Notes: generated by a model not told the origin, from the letters alone. A stretch of DNA of 64,000 bases from Hyphomicrobiaceae bacterium (GCA_031374115.1 JANMNO010000016.1:14999-78998), one strand, 5' to 3'. Positions 12,133 to 21,359 are shown, counted from the first letter of the stretch. A program made the numbers and translations.

Positions 12133-13137
12133 CTAACACTTTTCGTATGCGCGATACCACGAGACAAACTTAGCCAGTCCGTCCTCGATCGGCGTCGACG
12201 GGCTGAAACCGGTATCGCGCATCAGTGCATCGACGTTGGCGAATGTCGTGTGGACATCGCCCTCCTGCATCGGCAGCATGCGCGTACGGGCCGCAACACC
12301 CAGCAATCGCTCCAGGATGGCGATCATGTCGAGCAACTCGACGGGCTTGTTGTTGCCGATATTGTAGATGCGAAACGGGGCGGTCGATGTTGCCGGCGTC
12401 AGCGTTGAAGCTGCAGCCGTGCCTCGCGCCGGTCGATCGAGTGTCTTGATGATGCCGGCGACGATATCGTCGATATAGGTAAAATCGCGCGCATGCTGGC
12501 CATTGTTGAAAACGTCGATGGTGTCGCCCGCAAGCATCGCCTTGGTGAACTTGAAATAGGCCATATCAGGCCGGCCCCAAGGTCCGTAGACCGTGAAGAA
12601 GCGCAGACCGGTGACAGGCAACTGGTATAGGTGCGCATACGTGTGCGCCATCAACTCGTTCGAGCGCTTGGTTGCCGCATAGAGGCTGACCGGATGGTCG
12701 GTACTTGAGTGATCCTCGGCAAACGGAACGGCGGCGTTCGCGCCGTAAACCGAGCTCGATGAGGCATACACCAAATGTTGCACGCGCAGGTGCCGGCAGC
12801 CTTCGAGGATCGACAGGAAGCCGGCGAGGTTGCTGTCGATGTAGGCTGCCGGATTATCGATCGAGTAGCGCACTCCCGCCTGCGCACCCAGATGGACGAC
12901 GCGATCCGGCCGAACGCCTGAAAACAGCGTTTGCATCGCAGCACGATCGGCAAAATCGCCCAGCACGAAACGAAAGCCTGGTTGGCCTTCGAGCATGGCC
13001 AGCCGTGCTTCCTTCAACTTCACGTCGTAATAGGCGTTGAGGTTGTCGACGCCGACGACCGTCTCACCGCGCGCAAGCAGCGCCTGGGCGGTGTGAAAGC
13101 CGACGAAACCGGCGGCACCTGTCACAAGAATCGTCAT
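12133..13137 (-). CDS. NAD-dependent nucleotide-sugar epimerase (UDP-glucuronate 4-epimerase-like)
   Basis: Start trimmed to the ATG at 13137 (MTILVTGAAGFVGFH, Rossmann GxxGxxG). YASSSSVYG and YAATK (YxxxK) catalytic blocks are present. Confidence 0.8.
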   Translation of the reverse strand: MTILVTGAAGFVGFHTAQALLARGETVVGVDNLNAYYDVKLKEARLAMLEGQPGFRFVLGDFADRAAMQTLFSGVRPDRVVHLGAQAGVRYSIDNPAAYIDSNLAGFLSILEGCRHLRVQHLVYASSSSVYGANAAVPFAEDHSSTDHPVSLYAATKRSNELMAHTYAHLYQLPVTGLRFFTVYGPWGRPDMAYFKFTKAMLAGDTIDVFNNGQHARDFTYIDDIVAGIIKTLDRPARGTAAASTLTPATSTAPFRIYNIGNNKPVELLDMIAILERLLGVAARTRMLPMQEGDVHTTFANVDALMRDTGFSPSTPIEDGLAKFVSWYRAYEKC

Positions 13138-13141
13138 GTAC

Positions 13142-14095
13142 TCACAAACCGATCTGATGGATCGGCTTGCCCGCAAGCCAAGCTTCGATCGCAGCCACCG
13201 TTCCGCCATAGAACATCCGGTAGGTCTCTTCGGTCACATATCCCAGGTGCGGCGTCAGAAGTGCGCGCGGCTCCTTGCGCAACGGATGCTCCCACGGCAA
13301 CGGCTCTTCCTCATAAACGTCGAGGGCCGCTGCCGCGATGCGATTTTGCCGCAACGCCGCGAGCAGTGCTTCGCCGTCGATGATCGGCCCGCGCGACGTG
13401 TTGATGATCGCAGCGGTTGGCTTCATCGCGCCCAGCTCAGCTGCGCCGACGATGCCGCGCGTGCGATCCGAAAGCACCGAGTGGATCGAAATGAAGTCCG
13501 AACGCCGAAACAGTTCGTCCTTGGCAACGAGAGTCGCACCAGCAGCCGTCGCCTTCTGCGCCGTCAGATTTTGGCTCCAGGCGATCACCGTCATCCCAAA
13601 CGCACGGGCATACGCCGCCATTTGGCCGCCGAGTTTGCCAACGCCAAGGATACCGAGCGTCTTGCCTTTGAGGTCTTGCCCCACGGTCGTCTGCCACGCG
13701 CCTGTGCGCATCGCCTGTGCCTCGAACGGAATATGACGGGCGATCGACAGCATCAAGCCGAATGCAAGTTCGGCCGTCGCGTGCCCACCGCTTGGAGTGC
13801 CACACACGATCACGCCGTGCGCGGTCGCAGCGCCCACATCGATCGACGCATTGCGCAGACCCGTTGTCACGCACAACTTCAACTTCGGCAGCCGGCGGAA
13901 AAGTTGCGCTGGAAACGGCGTGCGCTCGCGCATAAGGCAGACGATCTCAAACCCGGCAAGCGCGGCGGCCGTTTCGTCCTGGTTTGCAAGAGGATGGCGG
14001 AACACCTGGAGCCGGTGCTCCTTGGCCAGACCAGACCAATCGGCCATCGCCAGCGCTACGCCCTGATAATCGTCGAGTATCGCAATGGAAGCCAT
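13142..14095 (-). CDS. D-isomer-specific 2-hydroxyacid dehydrogenase family protein
   Basis: Start trimmed to the ATG at 14095 (MASIAILDDYQG...). NAD-binding GILGVGKLGGQMA and the RGPIID/..LTPHLGY.. blocks of the family are present. It ends 4 nt before the epimerase start. Confidence 0.8.
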   Translation of the reverse strand: MASIAILDDYQGVALAMADWSGLAKEHRLQVFRHPLANQDETAAALAGFEIVCLMRERTPFPAQLFRRLPKLKLCVTTGLRNASIDVGAATAHGVIVCGTPSGGHATAELAFGLMLSIARHIPFEAQAMRTGAWQTTVGQDLKGKTLGILGVGKLGGQMAAYARAFGMTVIAWSQNLTAQKATAAGATLVAKDELFRRSDFISIHSVLSDRTRGIVGAAELGAMKPTAAIINTSRGPIIDGEALLAALRQNRIAAAALDVYEEEPLPWEHPLRKEPRALLTPHLGYVTEETYRMFYGGTVAAIEAWLAGKPIHQIGL

Positions 14096-14136
14096 GTTGC
14101 GGCCTTGTCCTGGTCGTTGGCAGATTTCATTCCTAT

Positions 14137-14175
14137 ACTCGCAATATGCCGCGATTACTCGCAATATGCCGCGAT
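14137..14175. repeat. 20-nt-period tandem direct repeat (2 copies of ACTCGCAATATGCCGCGAT) in a divergent promoter region
   Basis: Copies read directly at 14137-14155 and 14157-14175, separated by one T. They lie between the dehydrogenase start (14095) and the peptidase start (14204). Confidence 0.8.
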
Positions 14176-14203
14176 CAGCGTCGCGGCAATACAAGGATGT
14201 TGC

Positions 14204-14890
14204 ATGGCTATCGGTTTGATCGCGCTCGTCGTGATCGTCGCCCTGGCATTCCTGCCCGGAATGTGGATCAAGGGCGTGCTCTCGCGTCATGCAACCGAGC
14301 GTGCAGACTTCCCTGGCACCGGCGGCGAGTTGGCGCGTCACTTGCTCGATGAAATGAAGCTCGCTCACGTCAAGGTCGAGGAAACGAAGCTCGGCGATCA
14401 TTACGATCCGCTGGAAAAGGCCGTGCGCCTTTCACCGGACCATATGCGCAAGAAGTCGCTATCGGCGATTGTCGTCGCTGCGCACGAAGTGGGGCACGCG
14501 ATGCAGGACGCCACCGGCTATGCGCCGCTGAAGGCGCGCACCAAGCTCGCCAATCAAGCACGTAAGGTCGAAATGCTCGGCTCGATCATCATGCTACTAT
14601 CACCAGTGATGCTGTTGTTGATGAAGGCGCCAGCGGCCGTGCTCATGGAGTTGGGGCTCGGCATGCTGGTGCTGTCATTCGGCGTGTTGATGCACGCGGT
14701 CACTCTTCCGGTTGAGTTCGATGCGAGCTTTCGGCGCGCGTTGCCGGTACTGAAGGCCGGTCATTATATCGCCGACAAGGATATGAGTTCGGCGCGTCAG
14801 ATTTTGCGCGCGGCCGCTTTTACGTACGTCGCGGCCGCTGCAATGAGCCTTCTCAACGTTGCACGCTGGCTTCGCGTGCTGCGAATTTAA
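14204..14890 (+). CDS. membrane-associated zinc metallopeptidase (YugP / Zn_peptidase_2-like)
   Basis: Real start is the ATG at 14204 (MAIGLIALVVIVALAF...). The upstream 356 codons of ORF 13136..14890 are antisense to the dehydrogenase. HEVGH zinc motif, DHYDP block, C-terminal TM segments. Confidence 0.75.
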   Translation: MAIGLIALVVIVALAFLPGMWIKGVLSRHATERADFPGTGGELARHLLDEMKLAHVKVEETKLGDHYDPLEKAVRLSPDHMRKKSLSAIVVAAHEVGHAMQDATGYAPLKARTKLANQARKVEMLGSIIMLLSPVMLLLMKAPAAVLMELGLGMLVLSFGVLMHAVTLPVEFDASFRRALPVLKAGHYIADKDMSSARQILRAAAFTYVAAAAMSLLNVARWLRVLRI

Positions 14891-14959
14891 CGCTCCCACA
14901 ATCTATGCGGGCGGAGCCTGCATAGGCACCGCCCGCATAGGAGGCAACGGACCTCAACT

Positions 14960-15316
14960 TCACCAATAGGTCGGCACGTTGTAGTGCTGATGCACACGGC
15001 TTTCCCACGCGCGATCGCTCCACGCAGCGATGCCGGTCGCTGGCGCCGAGTTGAGCTGGTCCGCCGTGATACCTGTGACGTAGCCTTCCAGACTGGTGTC
15101 GTACTTCAACGCATTCCATGGCACGGGATGATAGTCCTGTCCCATGCCGAGGAACCCACCAAAGCTCATCACCGCATAGGCCACGCGGCCCGATTGCCGG
15201 TCGATCATTAGATGGTTGATCTCGCCAACCTTTTCGCGATTGGTCGAGGCATACACGTTGGTGCCTTCCACTTGCTCGCTCGAAATCAAATTGCCATAGG
15301 GAGATTGGCTCGCCAT
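14960..15316 (-). CDS. PRC-barrel domain protein
   Basis: 118-aa ORF with ISSEQVEGTNVY...KVGEINHLMIDRQSGRVAYAVMSFGGFLGMG...PVPW, a typical PRC barrel. Confidence 0.7.
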   Translation of the reverse strand: MASQSPYGNLISSEQVEGTNVYASTNREKVGEINHLMIDRQSGRVAYAVMSFGGFLGMGQDYHPVPWNALKYDTSLEGYVTGITADQLNSAPATGIAAWSDRAWESRVHQHYNVPTYW

Positions 15317-15453
15317 CGGATTCTCCTCCTGATTGTAAATGACTAATTCGGGATCGGCCCGGCTGCTTCATCAGCATCTCAGAAGGCCGGCACCACTATC
15401 CCGATAATCCATCAACGCCCGAGTGCGAGGAGCAGTTCCGAAGAAACGAGCGG

Positions 15454-16611
15454 TCAACCTCTTGCGTAATCGGCGAGCCTCTGCATGAAGCCCATGCACT
15501 TCTCGAGTTCGGCCACCTCGAGCCACTCGTTGGCGGTATGTGCCTGGGCGATATCGCCGGGACCGCAGACGACAGCGGGCACGCCGCCCATTTGGAACAA
15601 CCCGGCTTCGGTGCCGTAGGGCACGGCGAACGTTTCGTTTTGACCGGCAAGCTTCTGGCACAGCGTGACGACTTCCGATCCAGCCTCGGCACCGAACGGC
15701 GGCACGTTGCCGGTCTGGCGCACGACGATATCTGCTTCGGGCGCGATCGTTTTCATCTCGGCAACAAGCTGAGCCGCGGCAGACTTGATGCGCGTCTCCC
15801 ACGCTGCCAGATCGAGCCCTGGCATGGCTCGTATTTCCCATCCGATCCAGCATGACCCAGGCACAATGTTGCTGGAGGTGCCGCCGTGCACCTGCGTGAC
15901 GGTCAACGTATGCCAGGGTGGATCAAAACGTGAATTCTGCGGTAGCGCCTTGATATCGGCTGCCATCTTGTGCAGCTCGACCAGCAATTGGGTGGCGTAG
16001 GTCACTGCGTTGACACCTAGCGGCGCCTTGCTCGAATGTACGGGATGGCCGGTCAGTTCGATGCGATAGCGCGCGCCACCCTTATGCGCATCGACGACCG
16101 TCATGTTTGTGGGTTCGCCGACGAAAATGAGCCGCGGCTTGGCGAGTCGTGTACCGAATTCAGCGATCATCGGGCGAACACCGGTGCAGCCCACCTCCTC
16201 GTCGTATGAAAAAACGATGTGGATCGGCATCGCCAGTTTGTGTTTGTTGAACATCGGCACCGCCGCTAGCACGCACGCCAGATACCCTTTCATGTCGCAA
16301 GTGCCGCGGCCGTACAGCTTGCTATCCAACTCGACCATCGTGAACGGATCGCGATCCCAGGCTTGATCGGCGACCGGCACGACGTCCATGTGGCCCGACA
16401 AGCCGATGCCGGGAACATCGGCCGGGCCGATCGTCGCAAACAAGCTGGTATGAATACCATTTGGATCCGGCACCATATGGCATTCAACGTTATGGTCGAT
16501 CAAGTAATCTCGGATGAACTCCGTCATCGGAATATTCGTTTTCACACTCGTCGTATCGAACGCGACCAGGCGGCCAAGCATTTCTTTGGCGGTAAAAGAT
16601 TGCGGTGTCAT
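15454..16611 (-). CDS. M20-family deacylase (acetylornithine deacetylase ArgE-like)
   Basis: 385-aa ORF with LSGHMDVVPV, GRGTCDMKG and SYDEEVG metal-ligand blocks. Confidence 0.8.
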   Translation of the reverse strand: MTPQSFTAKEMLGRLVAFDTTSVKTNIPMTEFIRDYLIDHNVECHMVPDPNGIHTSLFATIGPADVPGIGLSGHMDVVPVADQAWDRDPFTMVELDSKLYGRGTCDMKGYLACVLAAVPMFNKHKLAMPIHIVFSYDEEVGCTGVRPMIAEFGTRLAKPRLIFVGEPTNMTVVDAHKGGARYRIELTGHPVHSSKAPLGVNAVTYATQLLVELHKMAADIKALPQNSRFDPPWHTLTVTQVHGGTSSNIVPGSCWIGWEIRAMPGLDLAAWETRIKSAAAQLVAEMKTIAPEADIVVRQTGNVPPFGAEAGSEVVTLCQKLAGQNETFAVPYGTEAGLFQMGGVPAVVCGPGDIAQAHTANEWLEVAELEKCMGFMQRLADYARG

Positions 16612-16620
16612 GATCAGCTT

Positions 16621-17013
16621 TCAGTTCAGGCGGCGCTGGCCGAAGGGGCTATCGAGCGAGAATGCAGGTATCGCGATGTCGAACAACTTGCCGGTTTGAT
16701 CGGCCATCTGGTAGCTACCGACCATGATGCCGGACGGCGTACGGAGCGGACATCCAGATGTGTAACGGAAACTCTCGCCCGCGGCGATTTGTGGCGTTTG
16801 CCCGATCACGCCTGGTCCGCGCACTTCCTCGCGGTGACCGCGCGTATCCGTAATTTGCCAAACGCGGCTGCGCAGATGCATCGTTTCCTTGCCCTCGTTG
16901 AAGATCTCGACCGTGTAGGTCCAGAAATAATAGTTCTCCTCCGGCGTCGACTGTTCGGATTTGAATTCGGGACTGACGCGAACGCGAATGCCGCGGGTGA
17001 CTGATTCATACAT
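16621..17013 (-). CDS. apaG: ApaG (DUF525) protein
   Basis: Start trimmed to the ATG at 17013 (MYESVTRGIRVRVSPEF...). YFWTYTVEIFNEG...HLRSRVWQITD..G..EEVRGPGV are canonical ApaG blocks. Confidence 0.85.
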   Translation of the reverse strand: MYESVTRGIRVRVSPEFKSEQSTPEENYYFWTYTVEIFNEGKETMHLRSRVWQITDTRGHREEVRGPGVIGQTPQIAAGESFRYTSGCPLRTPSGIMVGSYQMADQTGKLFDIAIPAFSLDSPFGQRRLN

Positions 17014-17165
17014 ATGAGGGCTCTTCAACAGACACTCGGCAGCCGGATGGAGTTCGCGATGTGACAACTGTATGACACAACTCGTTTCGGTCAAGTGTGA
17101 TCGCTATTTGCCGGGGCGCCAGAGCACCATCTATTCTCAGTCCCGCGAGTGGAGATCCATCAGCC

Positions 17166-18344
17166 TCAATAGCTGCGCGGCAGCCCGAGCACGTGCTGCG
17201 CGACGTAGGCGAGGACCATGTTCGTCGAGATCGGCGCAGTTTGATAAAGCCTTGTCTCGCGCCATTTGCGCTCGATGCCATATTCGCGTGCATAGGCGAA
17301 GCCGCCGAACGTCTGCATGCAGGCTTCGGCTGCTTTCCAGGCAGCGTCGGCGGCGAGCATCTTACCCATGTTGGCATCCGCCCCGCAGTCTCGACCGGCT
17401 TCGAATAGCGCCGCAGCCTTAGCCACCATCAGATCGGCCGCGAGATAGTCAGCATAGGCTCGAGCGATCGGGAACTGCACGCCTTGATTTTGCCCGATCG
17501 GCCGGCCGAACACGATGCGCTCCTTGGCATAATCGGTCGCGCGCCGCGTGAAGTAGCGCGCATCGCCCAGGCACTCTGCCGCGATCAGGATGCGCTCGGC
17601 ATTCATACTGTCGACGATGTACTTGAAACCTTGGCCCTCGACCCCGATCAAATTCTCCGAGGGAACCTCGAGATTGTCGATGAAGACCTCGCAGGTGTTG
17701 TGATTGATCATCGCGTCGATCTTCTTCATCTCGATCCCGCGGCCCTTGGCCTCGCGCAGATCGACGATGAAGACCGACAGTCCATCCGAGCGTTTGCGCA
17801 CCTGATCGACGGGCGTCGTCCGCGCCAGCAGCAACATCAGGTCCGAGTGCATGACGCGGCTGGTCCACACTTTCTGACCGTTGACGATGTAGCGGTCGTT
17901 GCCTTTCTTCTCGGCGCGCGTCTTGAGCTGGGTCGTATCGCTGCCGGTGGTCGGCTCGGTGACGCCAAACGCCTGCAAGCGGAGTGAACCATCGGCGATG
18001 CCGGGCAGGTATTTGTTCTTTTGACCGGCGCTGCCGTGCTTCAACACCGTGCCCATCGTGTACATCTGCGCGTGGCAAGCGGCAGCGTTACAACCCTCGG
18101 CATGGATGGTCTCCAGGATCGCCACTGCAGCACTTAGCGGCAACCCGGCGCCGCCAAACTCCTCCAGGATCAAGGCGCCGAGATAGCCGGCCTCGGTCAA
18201 TGCGTCGACGAACGCGCTCGGGTACGCATCCTCGTGATCGAGCTTCAGCCAGTAGGCATTGCGGAAGCCGTCACAAACCCGCTTCACGCCATCGCGGATT
18301 TCTGTCCATTGGGATTCGAGCGGCATCGTCAGGGGTGAGGACAT
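17166..18344 (-). CDS. acyl-CoA dehydrogenase family protein
   Basis: 392-aa ORF with FGVTEPTTGSD, QKVWTSR and C-terminal FGGFAYAREYGIERKWRETRLYQTAPISTNM blocks. Confidence 0.85.
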   Translation of the reverse strand: MSSPLTMPLESQWTEIRDGVKRVCDGFRNAYWLKLDHEDAYPSAFVDALTEAGYLGALILEEFGGAGLPLSAAVAILETIHAEGCNAAACHAQMYTMGTVLKHGSAGQKNKYLPGIADGSLRLQAFGVTEPTTGSDTTQLKTRAEKKGNDRYIVNGQKVWTSRVMHSDLMLLLARTTPVDQVRKRSDGLSVFIVDLREAKGRGIEMKKIDAMINHNTCEVFIDNLEVPSENLIGVEGQGFKYIVDSMNAERILIAAECLGDARYFTRRATDYAKERIVFGRPIGQNQGVQFPIARAYADYLAADLMVAKAAALFEAGRDCGADANMGKMLAADAAWKAAEACMQTFGGFAYAREYGIERKWRETRLYQTAPISTNMVLAYVAQHVLGLPRSY

Positions 18345-18461
18345 GAGGCAGGCTCGCGAAGTGTGGGACTGTTACACTGCAGCCTTATCGCGACCGCATG
18401 GCTTGGTCCACCGTTGGCTGCGCAGTTCTGCCCGGCGCGATAGACGACGGCACAGGCTATC

Positions 18462-19367
18462 CTATTGAGCCAGGACGCGCCCGGTTTCCCATCCGATCAG
18501 CGCTTTTTTGCGTGTCAGGCCCCAGTGATAACCGCCCAAGCTGCCATCGCCGCGCAGTACCCGATGACATGGCACCACGAACGAGATCGGGTTGCGGCCG
18601 ACCGCCGAGCCGACCGCGCGTGACGCACCGGGCTTGCCCACGTAGCGCGCAATATCGGCATAACTGACCGCGCGCCCCATCGGGATTTTCAAGAGCGCTT
18701 CCCATACCCGCACCTCGAAGTCCGTGCCGATCAGCACCAAACGCACCGGTTGCTCCCGCTGCCAAAGCGCGGCATCGAAGATGCGCTGCACGTGTGGCGC
18801 CGTTTGTCTTGGATCCTCGACGTAGACGGCACCCGGCCAGCGCCCGGTCATGTCTGCGAGGGCTTCGGCGTGCGTCTGGTTCTTGTCCTCGTTGACGAAT
18901 GCGAGGCCGGCGACGCCGCGATCCGTTGCCAGCACCAGCACCTCACCAAAGGGCGAGAAATGAAAGCCGTAGACTATGCGCAGCCCTTCGCCGCGCCGCT
19001 TGAAGTCGCCCGGCGTCATTGCCTCGTGGTCAACGAACAGATCATGCAGCCGGCTGGTGCCGGATAGCCCGACTTCGTGCGCCGCATCGAGCACGCTTGC
19101 CGAACGGCCGAGCAGCGAACGCGCATGATCGACTGTGATTGCTTGCACGAACTCCTTCGGCGACAGACCGCACCAGCGCTTGAACAGCTTCTGGCAATGC
19201 GCCGGCGACAGGCCGACGTGGCGGGCAAGTTCATCGAGATCGGGTTGATCGGTCCAATTCTCGGACAGAAAGCGAATTGCCCGGCGCACCAGATCATAAT
19301 CGCGCGTGGTCGTGTCGGGGAGCGGTCGAGTAGGCTCAATGATTTGAAGTGAGAGATTGTTCAGCAT
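18462..19367 (-). CDS. AraC-type HTH fused to O6-methylguanine-DNA methyltransferase (Ada-like)
   Basis: Start trimmed to the ATG at 19367 (AGGTGGAA RBS). AraC HTH region (LDELARHVGLSPAHCQKLFKRWCGLSPKEF). C-terminal MGMT active site VVPCHRVL. Confidence 0.8.
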   Translation of the reverse strand: MLNNLSLQIIEPTRPLPDTTTRDYDLVRRAIRFLSENWTDQPDLDELARHVGLSPAHCQKLFKRWCGLSPKEFVQAITVDHARSLLGRSASVLDAAHEVGLSGTSRLHDLFVDHEAMTPGDFKRRGEGLRIVYGFHFSPFGEVLVLATDRGVAGLAFVNEDKNQTHAEALADMTGRWPGAVYVEDPRQTAPHVQRIFDAALWQREQPVRLVLIGTDFEVRVWEALLKIPMGRAVSYADIARYVGKPGASRAVGSAVGRNPISFVVPCHRVLRGDGSLGGYHWGLTRKKALIGWETGRVLAQ

Positions 19368-19551
19368 GCCGGTTCCACCTGGTTCGTTGCGAGGTTGAGC
19401 AACGTTTATCGCAAGCGTGCTGCCGCCGGCGACCCGTTTCTTGCGGGCGGTGTGCTGCAAGTTTACGCTCGTCTCAAATTTGCTCCAATAAATATCGTCC
19501 AACTACGAACCGCTGAACTGTTTCAACGGTGTAACTCATTTGGGGGTGGTC

Positions 19552-20712
19552 ATGTGGCGTTACCGTTATTGGCGCGACCTTTGGGTCTGCATTGCAAGTG
19601 CCGTCACGCTTTGTCTGGGCGTACCCGCGATGGCGCAGAAGCGCGTTGCACTCGTCATCGGCAACTCGGCCTATAGCCACGCAGGGCCGCTCGCCAATCC
19701 GGCGAACGACGCCAATGACATTGCGAAAGCGCTCGGGGACATGGGCTTCGAGGTGCTGGTCGGCCTCGATCTCGACAAGCGCAGCTTCGACGGCAAAGTA
19801 CGCGAATTTTCCCGTGCGCTTGCCGATGCCGATACCGGGCTGTTGTTCTATGCAGGCCACGGTCTGCAGGTCGCCGGGCGCAACTACCTGGTGCCGGTCG
19901 ACGCTCAGCTGGGCAGCGAACGCGACCTCGACTTCGAAGCCGTTTCGTTGGATTTCGTCCTGAAGCAGATGGAGCTCGAACGCGAGGGCAAGACCAACAT
20001 CGTGTTTCTCGATGCATGCCGGGACAATCCGCTCGCACGCAACCTTGCACGGTCGATGGGCACGCGATCAGCGAGCATTGGCCGCGGATTGGCGCAAGTG
20101 CAAACTGGGGTCGGAACCTTCATCGCCTACTCGACCCAGCCGGGCAATGTCGCGCTCGATGGCGCCAGCCGCAATTCGCCGTTCACCGCAGCACTCGCCC
20201 GCAGCGTGCGGGAACCGGGCCGCAACCTGACAGCCGTCATGATCGACGTACGCAAAGAAGTACTTTCGGTGACGAACGGCCGGCAGGTGCCGTGGGATCA
20301 CTCGGCGCTTACAGGCGATTTCTACTTTCATCTGGCATCCGCTCCCGGTGCCGTGCCGAAATCGATACCGCCGGCGCCCGGCACCGACACGGACGCAATG
20401 CAGCAGCGAATGAAGCAACTTGAAGAGGAACTTCGTAACAGACCCAATCCACAGCAGACCGCGAACATCGTCAAACTGGAACAGCTCAAGGAACGCATGC
20501 GGCTGATCGTCGAAGCGAACCGGGCGGATCAGCAGCGGATCTTCGATACCCAGCGCAAATTCGGCACCAGTGATCCGAACGCGCGTGCGGGATTGAGCCA
20601 GGAGATCGGCAACATTCAGATGCAGATGGTTCGCCGCGGGCAGGAGCGAAAGACGCTTTCCGAAGAGGTCACGAAGATTGAAGCGCAGTTGGGAATAACC
20701 AGGCCAAACTAA
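19552..20712 (+). CDS. secreted caspase-like (peptidase C14, orthocaspase) protein with a C-terminal coiled-coil tail
   Basis: ATG at 19552 after a GGGGGTGG RBS. Signal peptide ...LCLGVPAMAQ. KRVALVIGNSAY, catalytic His (FYAGHG) and Cys (FLDACRDNP). The last ~110 aa are rich in heptad-like charged repeats. Confidence 0.8.
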   Translation: MWRYRYWRDLWVCIASAVTLCLGVPAMAQKRVALVIGNSAYSHAGPLANPANDANDIAKALGDMGFEVLVGLDLDKRSFDGKVREFSRALADADTGLLFYAGHGLQVAGRNYLVPVDAQLGSERDLDFEAVSLDFVLKQMELEREGKTNIVFLDACRDNPLARNLARSMGTRSASIGRGLAQVQTGVGTFIAYSTQPGNVALDGASRNSPFTAALARSVREPGRNLTAVMIDVRKEVLSVTNGRQVPWDHSALTGDFYFHLASAPGAVPKSIPPAPGTDTDAMQQRMKQLEEELRNRPNPQQTANIVKLEQLKERMRLIVEANRADQQRIFDTQRKFGTSDPNARAGLSQEIGNIQMQMVRRGQERKTLSEEVTKIEAQLGITRPN

Positions 20713-20731
20713 CCGGTAGGATTCATATAAA

Positions 20732-20759
20732 AGGCCGCACCCCTTGCGGAGTGCGGCCT
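20732..20759. terminator. bidirectional intrinsic terminator between the convergent caspase-like and EF-hand genes
   Basis: 9-bp stem AGGCCGCAC/GTGCGGCCT (20732-20740 / 20751-20759), with an A-run upstream and T/C-rich sequence downstream. Confidence 0.55.
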
Positions 20760-20786
20760 CGATACGACGACGTTTTGAATGTCGAT

Positions 20787-21146
20787 TTACTTGATGACGC
20801 CAGCCTTCACACCGGCAGCAAACTCGGCGCGAGAAATCTTGCCATCCTTGTCGGTGTCGACCTTGACCATGACCGACTTATACGGCTCGAGAGCGGCACC
20901 CTCGATAAAGCCCTTATTGGCCTTGTCCGCAGCCTTGAACTTGGCGTCAGTTGCTGCGTCCATTGCGGTTGCTGAACCGGTCGAGGGCATGGTCGTCGCA
21001 GCCGGCGGCGTGGTGGTCGAAGAAGCGGCCGGGGGCGTGCTCGGTGTCATAGGAGGGGTCGATGGCGACGTCTGAGCGAAAGCGGCACCAGCCGAGGCGA
21101 CTGTCAAAGCGAGGATCGAAACAGTTGCGAACTTTTTCATGGTCAA
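20787..21146 (-). CDS. secreted EF-hand calcium-binding protein
   Basis: Signal peptide (ILALTVASAGAAFAQ), a P/T/S-rich linker, and one canonical EF loop DTDKDGKISRAEF preceded by a degenerate partner loop. Confidence 0.65.
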   Translation of the reverse strand: MTMKKFATVSILALTVASAGAAFAQTSPSTPPMTPSTPPAASSTTTPPAATTMPSTGSATAMDAATDAKFKAADKANKGFIEGAALEPYKSVMVKVDTDKDGKISRAEFAAGVKAGVIK

Positions 21147-21293
21147 TCTCCATTGTCGATTTTTGCTAGGGTCGTTTCAACCCTGCGTTCGAGTACTTTC
21201 AGACATTCACGGTGAACATCACTCGAACGCGCTGTTCATCCATTGTTCATTGGATGGGGGATGAAGCGTCTTTTTCGTGCGTATACGTAACGC

Positions 21294-21325
21294 AAAAATG
21301 CCGATCGGGTTCCCCCGGCCGGCAT
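21294..21325 (-). terminator. intrinsic terminator downstream of tsf
   Basis: 12-bp stem (21298-21309 / 21314-21325, one mismatch and one G-U) with a 4-nt loop. On the minus strand it is followed by UUUUU. It lies about 35 nt after the tsf stop. Confidence 0.65.
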
Positions 21326-21359
21326 TTTCAAATTTTTCGAACGGCCCTTTGACCCGCGA

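Noticed and set aside
13136-14203. N-terminal 356 codons of the 584-aa plus-strand ORF 13136..14890
   Set aside because: This part is antisense to the well-supported 2-hydroxyacid dehydrogenase. The recognisable zinc-peptidase sequence begins only at the ATG at 14204, with a hydrophobic N-terminus.
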